Origin: Macrostomum hystrix
Lineage: Eukaryota; Animalia; Platyhelminthes
NCBI GenBank assembly: GCA_950097015.1
Contig: CATNEN010000026.1
Span: 1,302,001-1,366,000, forward strand
Direction of reading: 5' to 3'
Length of the DNA: 64,000 nucleotides
In this document: piece after piece, positions 49,370 to 61,499 of the stretch
How positions within the stretch are numbered: the first letter of the stretch is position 1
Layout: each line of letters begins with the position of its first letter
Position numbers and translations under genes: made by a program
Notes under the pieces: generated by a model
Databases searched by the model: none
The model's input: the letters and a program-made list of their open reading frames with translations, nothing else
What the model was told of the DNA's origin: nothing

Positions 49370-50400
49370 GTTTCAGAGAGGTGGCTTTCGTAATAAGTGG
49401 GCCTTCCGTCAAAATGGGATTTTCGGAAATTAAGGAGGTTCGGAAAAAAGAAGTTTGAGTAAAATAAAGTTTCGGAAAATTGGGAAGTTTGGGGAAATGG
49501 GGAGTTTTAGAAAACTATGTTCCAAATTAGGAAAATGGGGAGCTTTGAAAAATGGAGAGTTTTGGAAAATGGATAGTTTTGGAAAATGGAGAGTTTTGGA
49601 AAATGGAGAGTTTTGGAAAATGGGGAGCTTTGAAAAATGGGGAGTTTTGGAAAATGGGGAGTTTTGGAAAATGGGGAGTTTTGGAAAATGGAGAGTTTTG
49701 GAAAATGGGGAGCTTTGAAAAATGGGGAGTTTTGGAAAATGGGAAGTTTTGGAAAATGGGAAGTTTTGGAAAATGGGGAGTTTTGGAAAATGGGGAGTTT
49801 TGGAAAATGGGGAGCTTTGAAAAATGGAGAGTTTTGGAAAATGGGGAGTTTTGGAAAATGGGGAGCTTTGAAAAATGGGGAGTTTTGGAAAATGGGAAGT
49901 TTTGGAAAATGGGGAGTTTTGGAAAATGGGAAGTTTTGGAAAATGGAGAGTTTTGAAAAATGGAGAGTTTTGGAAAATGGGGAGTTTTGGAAAATGGGGA
50001 GCTTTGAAAAATGGGGAGTTTTGGAAAATGGGAAGTTTTGGAAAATGGGAAGTTTTGGAAAATGGGGAGTTTTGGAAAATGGGGAGTTTTGGAAAATGGA
50101 GAGTTTTGGAAAATGGGGAGCTTTGAAAAATGGGGAGTTTTGGAAAATGGGAAGTTTTGGAAAATGGGGAGTTTTGGAAAATGGGGAGTTTTGGAAAATG
50201 GGAAGCTTTGAAAAATGGAGAGTTTTGGAAAATGGGGAGTTTTGGAAAATGGGGAGCTTTGAAAAATGGGGAGTTTTGGAAAATGGGGAGTTCTGGAAAA
50301 TAGGAACTTTGCGAAAAAGGGGAGTTACAAAAATAAGGCGTTTCGGAAAATTGGGAGTTTTGAAAGAAAGTGGAGTTTCTTGGAATGTGAATTTTCGAGT
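49370..50400. repeat. ~17-bp array (TTTTGGAAAATGGGGAG)
   Basis: Direct inspection. Causes the spurious read-through tail of the 1053-aa ORF. Confidence 0.9.
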
Positions 50401-50436
50401 GAAAACAATGATTGTGAGCACTGGCTGTAAGCTCAC

Positions 50437-52743
50437 CTGCACTCGATCGCCAACACGCAGAGCAACTGTGCGATTCAAACATCTCCTCTGACGCCTGGCG
50501 GCAACATCGCCGTCAACTTCGCCATCGTCATAATCGTCGCCGTTGACGTTGGCCTCGTGCCGATTAGTTGACGACTTTTTCGGCCGAGTCGTCGACGCGG
50601 GCGGCACCAGCTCCAGCTGGGCGAATCTGGCCCAGTAAAGCACAGGCGGCGGCGTCGGCTCATCGTCCACACTGGAAGGTCTACTGACGCTTCCGACAGC
50701 GCGGTTCCAAGCTACGCGCACATTCAAATCGTGCAGATCGTCGCAGTCGAGATCCACCACCTGGCCGATGTCACCGGCGCGCACAACGCCTTCGTAGTCG
50801 CGAAGGCAGCGGACGCGACTGCCAACGCGAATGGCGGACTTCACGTAGCTGGCGTAGTCGTCGATACTGCTGAAATCGGCCAGAGTTTTGAAGGCCTCCA
50901 CGCTGGCGCTGGACGCGGCGCTGAACCAGTCTTCGTCATCGTCAACATCGACTTCATCTTCGTCGCTCTCTCTTTTTTGTTGCAGCCTGCAGTCCCATGC
51001 GAGTTCTTCTTCTTCATCGTCATCGTCATCATCGTCGTCATCGTCTTCGTCTTCGTCCGACGAGAAAGCGCCACCGACGGCTGCCAGCGTCGGCGATTGC
51101 TGCTCCGTTGGCGTAGCGTCGCCGCCGTCGTCGCTGCCAACAGCGACCAGGTCGGGATTCTCAATCAGCCATTCGACAATGGCGTCGCAGCTGGGCAGAT
51201 AAGGTTCGCCGGCGGGTGTCAGTCGGCTGCCCAGAGTTCGACTCAGCGCCGCCACTGCGCGCTGAATTGCCCGCCTGGGGAAGCCCATCTCCAGCACTGG
51301 CGCCAGCTGGATTGGAAGCTCGACAGTTCGCCTGCTGTCAGGCGCTCGACTCTCAAAAACTCTTCGCCGATGCTCTCGATGTGAGCGATTGAAGCGGCGT
51401 CGACGACGCCGTTGCGCGGCGGCTCCGGCGGCCCCGGTTGACGAACTGAATGTCGGCGCTGAGGCAACGTTGAGTAGGCTGCGACGAACTTGGCCGCCGC
51501 CACGGACAGATTCTGACACTGCCGCTGACGAAGCCGACGCAGTCAGAGTCGACGAGGCAGCGACTGCTTTCTGCAGTGTCGACGCTGGCTGCTCGGTTGT
51601 CAGCGGCGTCGACGGTTGACAGTCCTGCTGGCGACAATTCAAAGAAGCCAACAGGTAGTGCTCGTGATTGACAATGGCGTAGTCGATTTCGCCAGTGGAG
51701 TAGCAGGGCCGCAGTCGGCTGGCCTGAACGGCCACGGACAGCAGGCGCCGGTACTTGGCCAGGCAGTCGCCCAACCAGGCAAACAGGCGGCCACCAGCCG
51801 TCTCGGATGTGGCCGACGATGCCAGCCGTTCCCCAAGGGTCAGCAGGGCGCGAGTGGCGAACGATTCAACAAGCAGCGATTTGGATGCGGATTTCTCCTG
51901 CTCGTCGCTTTGCCGCTCGTTGTCGGTGCTGGTCTTTGTCGACACAGTTAAAAAATCTGCCGACATCAGGACTAGACGCTCAACAATGCGTCGAAGAGCG
52001 TCGGCGCCGTCGGCGTCGTCAACTAGGAGAGCTCGAATTGTCTCGGTTTCGAGTTGAACACGACGAAGCGAGCTTGAGGGCAAAGCTTCCAGCTTCAGAC
52101 GAACATTCGCCGACGTCGCCGAATTCCTTGTCAGAGTCAGAAGGCCGCTGTTCGAAATCTGCTGCACCACAGCGAGACCTGCGTCGGCGTCTGTTTCGCT
52201 GTTATCGACGTCGCCGTCTTCAACGTCGCCAACACCGGCGCCACAGCCGGTACTGGCCGCGTCGATCGCGCCGAGGCTGACAACGCTGCCAACGTAGAGT
52301 CGGGGCTCCAGGTCACAGACAAGGCAGGCCAGAGTCAGACCGTCAGGAAACGCCTCCGAGGGCCGGCCTGAGTCCAGGGCGTCGGCCAGGCGGACAAGAC
52401 GCCGCCGGGCTTCGTCTAGCAGCAATGGTCGCCAGGCGCGGGTGTTGGCAAACAGGCGAAGTACGCCAATGGCTTCCTGACAGTAGGCCGAGTACATCGG
52501 CGCAGTCAGCAGCACATCCGGCCTGTTGCTAAGTACGCCGTTTTTGCAGGCTCCGGGATCGGCCTCGAAGCCGGCTAATAAAGAGTCGCAGCGTTGCCAT
52601 AGCAACTGGACTAGGCCGGCGTCTGGTCGCACCCGATCGGTTGACGCGGCTGTTAGAATGTGCAGCATGCGGAGAAGGCCGACTTGGAATTCGAAGGAGC
52701 GCGGCGCCAGCTGCGGCTTGTCGGCTTGGCAGAGCAGGCGGGT
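50437..52743 (-). CDS. HERC2: HERC2 2.3-kb exon: UBA-like segment, acidic tract and CPH domain
   Basis: LEMGFPRRAI..VEWLIE; DDYASYVKSAIRVGSRVRC..GDIGQV..DLNVRVAW. Acceptor CGCTTCAG|ACC. Donor CAG|GTGAGC. Confidence 0.92.
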
Positions 52744-53248
52744 CTGAAGCGGTTAAAATCAGTTTTTTTGTTCTCAAATAAAAAAATAGGGCACTGAAAT
52801 CTATCCTAATAGACACAATGACATCGAGATGTCATTTGTTACAATCGTTAAAATCTTTAAAATGACCTTGAAATGTCGATGGCGACCTTGAAATGTTATC
52901 CCATAAAGATTTTTACAATTGAATTCTCATTATTAAAATGATGTGATTTTGAATTCTCTTTCCGAAAAGGATGTGACCTTGAATTTTTTATTTTAAAAAG
53001 AACTTGAAATATAATTCCACAAAGAATGTCACTTTTAACTCTCATTTTAAAAATAATGCTAGCCATTCCCAAAAACAATGTGACCTTGTTGAACTCATAT
53101 TCCAAAAATGTGACTTTGAACTCCCATTCCTTTTCATTCATTTCAGTCATTCATTTTGTCTATGACCAAAACCATATAAATTAAGTGCTTTTAAGAACAC
53201 CCTACGGAAGTGGCCGATAAGATTGGTGACGCACAAGCAGGCACTCAC

Positions 53249-53998
53249 CAGCAGGCTAATCCACTTATCGCTGACCAGGCACTTAACAAAAGCCTGACAG
53301 CAGCACAGTCGCAAGATGAGCTTCAGACTGAACCAGCCGCCTCTTCCGCTTCGTCCACTGAAGCCGCAACCGTCGGCTAGACAAGCTTCTAGAGCGTCGT
53401 AGACAAAAGCCGACAAGCGCGACCAACAACTGGCATCCAGACTGTCTGGCTGAGCCGCCGCCCTGTACAGGAGGCCGAGGCGCCAAGCTGTGCAGAGGCG
53501 CCGCAGTCCGCAGTCCGGGTGTCGGGCCTCACTCTCCTGAGCCCTGCGCCGGCGCTCCAACTGCTGGCGCCGCCTGGCGTCCGCGGTTAGCGCCGGCGTC
53601 GGAGCTGCCGACTTAGCCAGATGTCGGTGGCGCGGATCTCGATGCTGACGATGCCCGCAGCGTCGGCGCTGATGTCCAGGACCTCTGGCGCGACTGATCT
53701 GCGGCACCTCGATTTCGTGCTGCTCGACAGTACCCTCGACCACAACGGCAACGTCTGTGTCTTCGTCGACGATATCGCCGTTGTCTAAATCGTTGTCAAT
53801 GTTGTCCTCGTCGTCTAGCAGTTCTTCGTCGTCATCATCGTCCTCTTCGGAGATCATCGGAGGCTCGGCCAGTTTCAAATCGTACTTGCCCTCTCGACCC
53901 ATTCGATAAGAGTTGGTGCCGCCGCTGTCCCAGTTGACGCGGATCCAACCATCGTCGCCAAGTTCGCCGACAATTGTGCCAACACTGTTGCCCTTGTC
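53249..53998 (-). CDS. HERC2: HERC2 exon, second half of MIB/HERC2 domain plus acidic linker
   Basis: [40 protein letters not shown]. Acceptor CCGCTAG|GAC. Donor CTG|GTGAGT. Confidence 0.92.
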
Positions 53999-54064
53999 CT
54001 AGCGGGCAGGGTTTTTTGTTTGCTAATAGTTAGGCGCGTGTACACAGGAGGTAAGTACGTGAAT

Positions 54065-54695
54065 TCGGGGTTAGAAAGTGGAGTGGGGTTGTCTGACTAG
54101 CATCAGTACTTGGGGTTAGAAAGTGGAGTGGGGTTGTCTGACTAGCATCAGTACTTGGGGTTAGAAAGTGGAGTGGGGTTGTCTGACTAGCATCAGTACT
54201 TGGGGTTAGAAAGTGGAGTGGGGTTGTCTGACTAGCATCAGTACTTGGGGTTAGAAAGTGGAGTGGGGTTGTCTGACTAGCATCAGTACTTGGGGTTAGA
54301 AAGTGGAGTGGGGTTGTCTGACTACCATCAGTACTTGGGGTTAGAAAGTGGAGTGGGGTTGTCTGACTAGCATCAGTACTTGGGGTTAGAAAGTGGAGTG
54401 GGGTTGTCTGACTAGCATCAGTACTTGGGGTTAGAAAGTGGAGTGGGGTTGTCTGACTAGCATCAGTACTTGGGGTTAGAAAGTGGAGTGGGGTTGTCTG
54501 ACTAGCATCAGTACTTGGGGTTAGAAAGTGGAGTGGGGTTGTCTGACTAGCATCAGTACTTGGGGTTAGAAAGTGGAGTGGGGTTGTCTGACTAGCATCA
54601 GTACTTGGGGTTAGAAAGTGGAGTGGGGTTGTCTGACTACCATCAGTACTTGGGGTTAGAAAGTGGAGTGGGGTTGTCTGACTAGCATCTGTACT
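54065..54695. repeat. Near-perfect 45-bp minisatellite, about 14 units, in the GC-AG intron
   Basis: Direct inspection. Confidence 0.93.
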
Positions 54696-54720
54696 TGGGC
54701 AATATATCACGTTCACTCGC

Positions 54721-54895
54721 CTGATCGCCCCACTTCCAGTCCTGACCGCGCACAACCCGGGTGCCAATCTTCATCAGGGCTACCAGCTCCGGGCCAGAAA
54801 GTGGCGAATATGGCACTTGGCGACGACTCCGATGCGATTCAACAACGGGACCCATTGCCGGAGTGGCAGTCGGAATAGCTCGCACCGGATCGTCG
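54721..54895 (-). CDS. HERC2: HERC2 exon, first half of MIB/HERC2 domain (GC donor)
   Basis: [27 protein letters not shown]. Acceptor TACTTTAG|C. The only in-frame donor at the junction is CAG|GCGAGT. Confidence 0.9.
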
Positions 54896-54974
54896 CTAAA
54901 GTAATAAAATAATCAAGCGTTGAAGACATGCAAGTGAGGTCGCGAGTTCGAATCCAATAATCAAAGAAACTCAC

Positions 54975-55330
54975 GCGTCAACCAGCCTAGCAACGGTAGC
55001 CAGCAGGCCCAAGCAGCCGGACTCAATCAGCTGGTTGATGGCGTCAGTCTGCATGAGTGCGCTGAGCAGTAGGGCCACCCAGCCAGCGTTAGGAAGCTGG
55101 CCAAAGTGCACAGTTTTGTTAGCGCCCGAGCCATTAATTAGCGCCAGCTCCCAGTCGGCTGACAGCAGCTGGCTGCGCAGTTCCACTACAAATGCGTCTA
55201 TTAGGGAATGAAATTCGTCGGCTAATTTCTGACTGACAGTTCGACCAGCCAGGCTTGGCGTGAGGCGAGCCAAGCTCAGGTCCGGGCCACCGTGAGACCG
55301 TAGCCAGCAGTGCAGAAGTAAGCAGCGCAC
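54975..55330 (-). CDS. HERC2: HERC2 exon
   Basis: Acceptor AAAACAG|GTG. Donor GC|GTGAGT. Phase is consistent with both neighbours; sequence similarity is weak. Confidence 0.8.
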
Positions 55331-55449
55331 CTGTTTTAGATCAGGTAAGGTTTTAGAATAAGCTGATTGATTGCATCCGGCTTGATCAATAATGCCCTAA
55401 TAGGGTGAATTATCTTCCAGTCAGAGTCAGCGACCTATAGAGTAAATAA

Positions 55450-55775
55450 TAATAATTGCAGGAGGGCTGCAGGCAAAGGCACATCATTTGGTGACACTAG
55501 ACCCACAGACGCGAGGCGGCAATTCTGCCCATTCCGCTGACTCCTGAGCACACACGCACACAGATACCGTATGCAGGCACACGCTCACACAGGTGTGTAC
55601 ATCTGCCTTGACTTTCTCATCGTCAGGCAGTGTACACTCACTGTGCCTTGGAGGTTGGCCCTCAAGGGCGTAAATTGCATGACAAGCCCCCAAGCCTTCT
55701 CTCCGCGGCTGCGCCCCAAAAAAAGGTGACCTCGCCGCGGAATCCAGCTCAGGGACCTTGGTGCGACCCTTAGGG
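55450..55775 (-). mobile_element. Dispersed SINE-like repeat, copy 2 (5' truncated)
   Basis: Reverse-complement homologue of 28378-28700. Confidence 0.75.
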
Positions 55776-55937
55776 TAAATTATTCCCAATCCCTATTTGC
55801 AAAATAAAGATGGTCAAATTCATAACTTGTCGAATTTCTAAATTTTCGAATCCTTTTGAGAATCCTAAAATCATCTAGAATTTTCAAATAATATCGTCAT
55901 CACTATGAATCGATAAAAAAGTCGGCAGACGACGTAC

Positions 55938-55971
55938 AGAAGTCAACAGAGGCGACGGGGTCAAAGCAGGC

Positions 55972-56033
<62 letters not shown>

Positions 56034-56186
56034 CTCGTCAGTGCAGCCACCAGATCCGGACTGGGGCATCAGTGCCAGTCTTAGCTGGCGCAGGACACGA
56101 ACTTTTGTTAGGCAAGCGTTGGCGGCCAGTGTTAAGCGAGCTCTAGCATCGGCCGTGTCAAAGGGCTCCTGGCCGAGGATAAATGC
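55938..56186 (-). CDS. HERC2: HERC2 exon with Ala20 tract
   Basis: FILGQEPFD..LTL resembles the HERC2 EPVDxEK block. Acceptor TTTTTTGCAG|GCA. Donor TCT|GTACGT. Confidence 0.75.
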
Positions 56187-56334
56187 CTGCAAAAAAATGC
56201 CAAGTTGGACCAAATTGTGCAGCCAAGTACCTAAGCATCTTACACCAGGATGAACTGACGCACTAACTAATCAAATGCCTTCCTTGCTCAAGGAAACCAT
56301 TTTTCTTTTTGGTTTCAGGACAACAAGCTCCCTA

Positions 56335-57805
56335 GAGGAAGAAGAGAGAGAGGAAGAAAATAGAGAAGAAAACAAGGGGGAGAAATGACAGGTATGAAAA
56401 CGATAGGTTAAAAATCGAGAGGGGAGATTTTCGAGAGGGAAGAAAACCAGGAGACAATTTGGAGAGAGAAGAAAACGAGATGGGAGAATTGGAGAGGGAA
56501 GAAAACGAGATGGGGGAATTCGATAGAGAAGAAAATCGAGAGGGGAGATTTTCGAGAGGGAAGAAAACGAGATGGGGGAATTGGAGAGGGAAGAAAACGA
56601 GATGGGAGAATTGGAGAGGGAAGAAAACGAGATGGGAGAATTGGAGAGAGAAGAAAACGAGATGGGAGAATTGGAGAGGGAAGAAAACGAGATGGGAGAA
56701 TTGGAGAGAGAAGAAAACGAGATGGGAGAATTGGAGAGAGAAGAAAGCGAGATGGGAGAATTGGAGAGGGAAGAAAACGAGATGGGAGAATTGGAGAGAG
56801 AAGAAAACGAGATGGGGAAATTTGAGAGGGAAGAAAACGAGAGGGGAGAATTTTAAAAGGAAGAAAACGAGATGGGAGAATTGGAGAGGGAAGAAAACGA
56901 GATGGGGGAATTGGAGAGAGAAGAAAACGAGATGGGGGAATTGGAGAGGGAAGAAAACGAGATGGGAGAATTGGAGAGGGAAGAAAACGAGATGGGAGAA
57001 TTGGAGAGAGAAGAAAACGAGATGGGAGAATTGGAGAGGGAAGAAAACGAGATGGGGGAATTCGATAGAGAAGAAAATCGAGAGGGGAGATTTTCGAGAG
57101 GGAAGAAAACGAGATGGGGGAATTGGAGAGGGAAGAAAACGAGATGGGAGAATTGGAGAGGGAAGAAAACGAGATGGGAGAATTGGAGAGAGAAGAAAAC
57201 GAGATGGGAGAATTGGAGAGGGAAGAAAACGAGATGGGGGAATTGGAGAGGGAAGAAAACGAGATGGGAGAATTGGAGAGGGAAGAAAACGAGATGGGAG
57301 AATTGGAGAGAGAAGAAAACGAGATGGGAGAATTGGAGAGGGAAGAAAACGAGATGGGGGAATTCGATAGAGAAGAAAATCGAGAGGGGAGATTTTCGAG
57401 AGGGAAGAAAACGAGATGGGGGAATTGGAGAGGGAAGAAAACGAGATGGGAGAATTGGAGAGGGAAGAAAACGAGATGGGAGAATTGGAGAGAGAAGAAA
57501 ACGAGATGGGAGAATTGGAGAGGGAAGAAAACGAGATGGGGGAATTGGAGAGGGAAGAAAACGAGATGGGAGAATTGGAGAGGGAAGAAAACGAGATGGG
57601 AGAATTGGAGAGGGAAGAAAACGAGATGGGAGAATTGGAGAGAGAAGAAAACGAGATGGGAGAATTGGAGAGGGAAGAAAACGAGATGGGGGAATTGGAG
57701 AGGGAAGAAAACGAGATGGGGGAATTCGATAGAGAAGAAAATCGAGAGGGGAGATTTTCGAGAGGGAAGAAAATGAGATGGGAGAATTGGAGAGGGAGGA
57801 AAACG
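56335..57805. repeat. Polypurine 30-bp array with ~300-bp higher-order repeat (GAAGAAAACGAGATGGGAGAATTGGAGAGG)
   Basis: Direct inspection. Confidence 0.92.
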
Positions 57806-57831
57806 GAAGTCAAAAAACGAACAGGTCTAAC

Positions 57832-58312
57832 CTGCAATCGGTCCATCAGCTGTCGATCGACCCCAACGCCTCTCAGACGCCTCCGCAGCATAGCAGCCGA
57901 TGTCGGATCCTTCAAAGCCGAATAGACAATAGTCCAAGGCTTCGATAGAGGCGCTGCAGCCGCCGTAGCCGCAGATTTCCGAGTCAGAGAGTTGGACAAA
58001 TTGATCAGCACTTTATCGGCGGCTCGGCGCCATCGATTTGAATTGCTGAAACGAGTTGAACATTCCGTTGGTTGATGATTGACCAGGGCGGAATCAAAAT
58101 TCTCCAGCAGGAACAGGCAGCGACGTCGCACAGACGAGGCGGCCTCCTTGCCAGCCTGCTGATGCTGGGCCCGCCTCAGCAGCTCCTGTTTGAGCCTGGC
58201 CTGCAGGCGGCACAGGTGCTGAAACGGAGCCGAAGTGTCCGGCGGCGACTGGCTGGGCTGTTCGTCCGCGGCGTCCTTCTTATAGGAGGCCCGCCAGGAT
58301 GTCACCAGTTGT
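57832..58312 (-). CDS. HERC2: HERC2 exon
   Basis: Acceptor CTCTCCCTAG|A. Donor CAG|GTTAGA. Phases fit and codon usage is GC-rich. Confidence 0.8.
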
Positions 58313-58339
58313 CTAGGGAGAGAGGATTTTTTAATCAGA

Positions 58340-58800
58340 ATGTATAATAAAGATGGATATGGGAGAAGACAAGTGAGACGAAAAAAAGAAGCAAAAAGGA
58401 ACGAAATGAAAATATAAACTGGGATCTAAATGCGAAACAGAAGGAGACCGAGGAGAACAAAGAGGAGACAGGACGGCGAGGGAAGAACGAGGAAAGGGAT
58501 AACGATAGAGGGGAGAACGGTAGAGGGACAATGTAAGAGGGGAGAATTGTAGAGGAGAGAATTGGAGAGGGGAGAAGTGGAGAGGAGAGAATTTGAGAGG
58601 GGAGAATTGGAGAGGAGAGAATTGGAGAGGAGAGAATTGGATAGGGGAGAATTGGATAGGGGAGAATTGGAGAGGAGAGAATTGGAGAGGAGAGAATTTG
58701 AGAGGGGAGAATTGGAGAGGAGAGAATTTGAGAGGGGAGAATTGGAGAGGAGAGAATTGGGGAGGGGAGAATCGGAGAGGGGAGAGTTGGAGAGGGGAGA
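58340..58800. repeat. Polypurine array (GGAGAATTGGAGAGG 15-bp core)
   Basis: Direct inspection. Confidence 0.85.
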
Positions 58801-58903
58801 ACTACAAGGATTATACAATGTTTGTAGAAGCAGAGGAATGATAAGGATATTGCAGAGACTGAATACGGCAGACTTGGCATAAGAGCAAGGACGGAACACT
58901 CAC

Positions 58904-59592
58904 TCGGCATAGAATCCCAGATCCAGCAGGCGGAGCATTGCAGCCATGGCCAGCCGGCAGGCGGCCATCACAGGATGCTCTGGCGGCAGTTCGACAGGCA
59001 CATGACAGCCGGCTGCCCGACTGCAGGCGTCAACGAGGCGGCCAAAGTCGGACACCAGAGCGGACTGATGCCGATTGGCAATGAGGAGGCGTAGTAGGCT
59101 ATTATCGCCGCAATCCGAGTCTACATTTTCAACGGCGATTTTCGCCGAGGAGGAGGATGACGACGACGACGAAGAGGCGCCGGTGTCATCGGCGACTTCC
59201 TCTTTCTCGGCGTCGATTAGCCCTCGCGGCTCGGACCTGGCGCAGCGCAGGACGCACTCCGGCAGGCCGTCTAAACTGGCGCCGACAGAATCGGCGCTGT
59301 CTCTGAACAGGCTGGCCAGGCTAAGCGACAAGAGCATCGCAGCTGTGCGCTCCACATGCAGCAGCGGCGATTCCACCTCGCCCAGGGCCGGCTCGGCTGT
59401 GTTCAAATATTCGCCAATGTAGCAGCAGCGCAGAGCCTCCAGGGAGTCGGCGGCGCCGCCTTTGGTGCCGGACGCCAGCTGGTGAAAGGCTTCGGTGGCG
59501 TCACGACCTTTCTGGCGTAACAGAGCTCGGTATGGCGACTGGGCCAGGTCCGGGATTAGCAGCAGATCGTAAACACGGCCGCCAATTATAAC
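58904..59592 (-). CDS. HERC2: HERC2 exon, cytochrome b5-like domain body
   Basis: VIIGGRVYDL..GRDATEAF..CYIGEY. Acceptor TTCCCCAAG|GTT. Donor GA|GTGAGT. Confidence 0.9.
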
Positions 59593-59739
59593 CTTGGGGA
59601 ATCGGGGAAATTATGGGAAAGTATATAATTCGAGAAGCGACAAATAGCTTAATTGTGGCTGTCTGCTTGCCGTCTGAAGTTGGCTTGAAAGTGGGGCGGA
59701 TATAATTATAATAGCTAAGTAAAATAAATAGAAAAGTGA

Positions 59740-60360
59740 GTGTGAGAAACAAAAGACTTAGTGATAAAGGGAAAGTGGAGAAGGGAAAGGTGAGAAAAAA
59801 AATCAGGAGAGGGGAAAGCGGGGAAGGGAATCAGTTAAAGAGAGGGGGTGAGGGAAGAGTGAGAAGGAAAAAAGAGAAATTAGAAAGGGGAGAAGGGAAA
59901 CAAGAGAAGGAAAAGGGGATCAAAAAGAAAACGGGGAGAAGGGAAGGGGATAACGGAAAGGGGATTAGATAATTGGGAAAAGAGAAAGGGTATTATGGAT
60001 TCGGGAGAAGGGAAAGGAGAGGAGAAGGGAAAGGAAAGAAGGGAATGGAAAGAAGGGAAAGGAAAGAAGGGAATGGAAAGAAAGGAATGGAAAGAAGGGA
60101 ATGGAAAGAAGGGAAAGGAAAGAAGGGAATGGAAAGAAAGGAATGGAAAGAAGGGAATGGAAAGAAGGGAAAGGAAAGAAGGGAATGGAAAGAAAGGAAT
60201 GGAAAGAAGGGAAATGAAAGAAGGGAAAGGAAAGAAGGGAAAGGAGAGAAGAGAAAGGGGATAATGGATTCGGGAGAAGAGAAAGGAGAGATGGGAATGG
60301 GGAAAAGGGACGGTGGGAGAAAGGAAAGGGAGAAGGGAAAGGGAAGGGAAAGGTGAGAAT
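59740..60360. repeat. Polypurine array (GGAAAGAAGGGAAT)
   Basis: Direct inspection. Confidence 0.85.
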
Positions 60361-60415
60361 CGAAAGCGGAGGTAACCAAAACAAACGTAGCCAACAGCAA
60401 GTACAATAAGCTCAC

Positions 60416-60950
60416 CCAGCAGCCGCCCAGCAGGTTATGATTGTGAACATCAACCTGCCTAATCACGGGCTGTGGCGCTACGCACTCGTCCAGGTAGCGA
60501 GTGTAGGCGGCGGCCGCAGGGCCGGCCCCGCAGCCGTCGAAGCCGGGCAGGGCGGCGTCTTCGGCGTCCTCGCGCAGCAGATTTGAACAGCGTCGATTTA
60601 AAGAATCCAAGCAGCCTAGCAGCGGCTGTATAAGCAGGCCAATCTCGAATAGGCCGGCGAACTGCTGGCCGCGGTGCTCGGCGATGAGACAGGCCAGGCT
60701 AAGCAGCAGGTTGTGCAATAGAACAATGCAACTGCCGCGTTCCAGCAGGCCTATTGAATAGCGCAGCCGAGTAAATCCGTTAGCTTTCGAGTCTCGATTA
60801 GCCGCAGACACCAGTTCGCATTGTTGACGCACGAGAGTTGCCGTGTAAGCTGACAGTTGCTGCACATTTCCTGCATCCATCGGCGATCGAGTGACCTTGC
60901 GAATCAGGCAGCGCTGCAGCTCTGCTAGCAGGTCTAGGAGGCGGCTCCAC
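60416..60950 (-). CDS. HERC2: First visible HERC2 exon, ending at the start of the cyt-b5-like domain
   Basis: IRQVDVHNHNLLGGCW aligns with IRKADLENHNKDGGFW. Acceptor CCTCATCCCAG|G. Donor TGG|GTGAGC. Confidence 0.85.
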
Positions 60951-60967
60951 CTGGGATGAGGATGGAC

Positions 60968-61355
60968 TTTATCTAGTAGATCTATCAATCAGCATCTACA
61001 TATATCTAGCAGATCTATCAATCAGCATCTACATATACCTAGTAGATCTATCAATCAGCATCTAGATATACCTAGTAGATCTATCAATCAGCATCTACAT
61101 CTACCAATAGATCTATCAATCTGGATCGACATCTATCTAGTAGATCTATCAATCAGCATCTACATCTACCAATAGATCTATCAATCTGGATCGACATCTA
61201 TCTAGTAGATCTATCAATCAGCATCTACATCTGTCTAGTAGATCTATCAATCAGCATCTACATCTATCTAGTAGATCTATCAATGAACATCTACATCTAT
61301 CTAGTAGATCTATCAATCTGGATCTAAATCAATCTAGTGGATCTATCAATGAAAA
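60968..61355. repeat. ~34-bp array (ATCTAGTAGATCTATCAATCAGCATCTAC)
   Basis: Direct inspection. Confidence 0.88.
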
Positions 61356-61499
61356 TCTACATCTCCCGGTTGCCAAAAAAAGTTGAATGGGCCACATTTT
61401 TTGGCCCACTAGTGGGCCAAAGTTTGGTTCTGAGCGGCCCACAGAAAGCCCACATTGACCCACGCTGACCCAGAAAGTGTTTAATGGCAGACACCGGGT

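Noticed and set aside
49507-50436. C-terminal FSKTPHFPKLPIFQNSP tail of the 1053-aa ORF
   Set aside because: Read-through past the GTGAGC donor at 50436 into an intronic array.
54065-54695. CRISPR-like or other regularly spaced array
   Set aside because: Head-to-tail identical 45-bp units with no unique spacers, in a eukaryotic intron with no cas genes.
61364-61499. Small element with CCCGG..CCGGG ends and internal GGGCC/GGCCC palindromes
   Set aside because: The terminal match is short and gapped, and I found no TSD.
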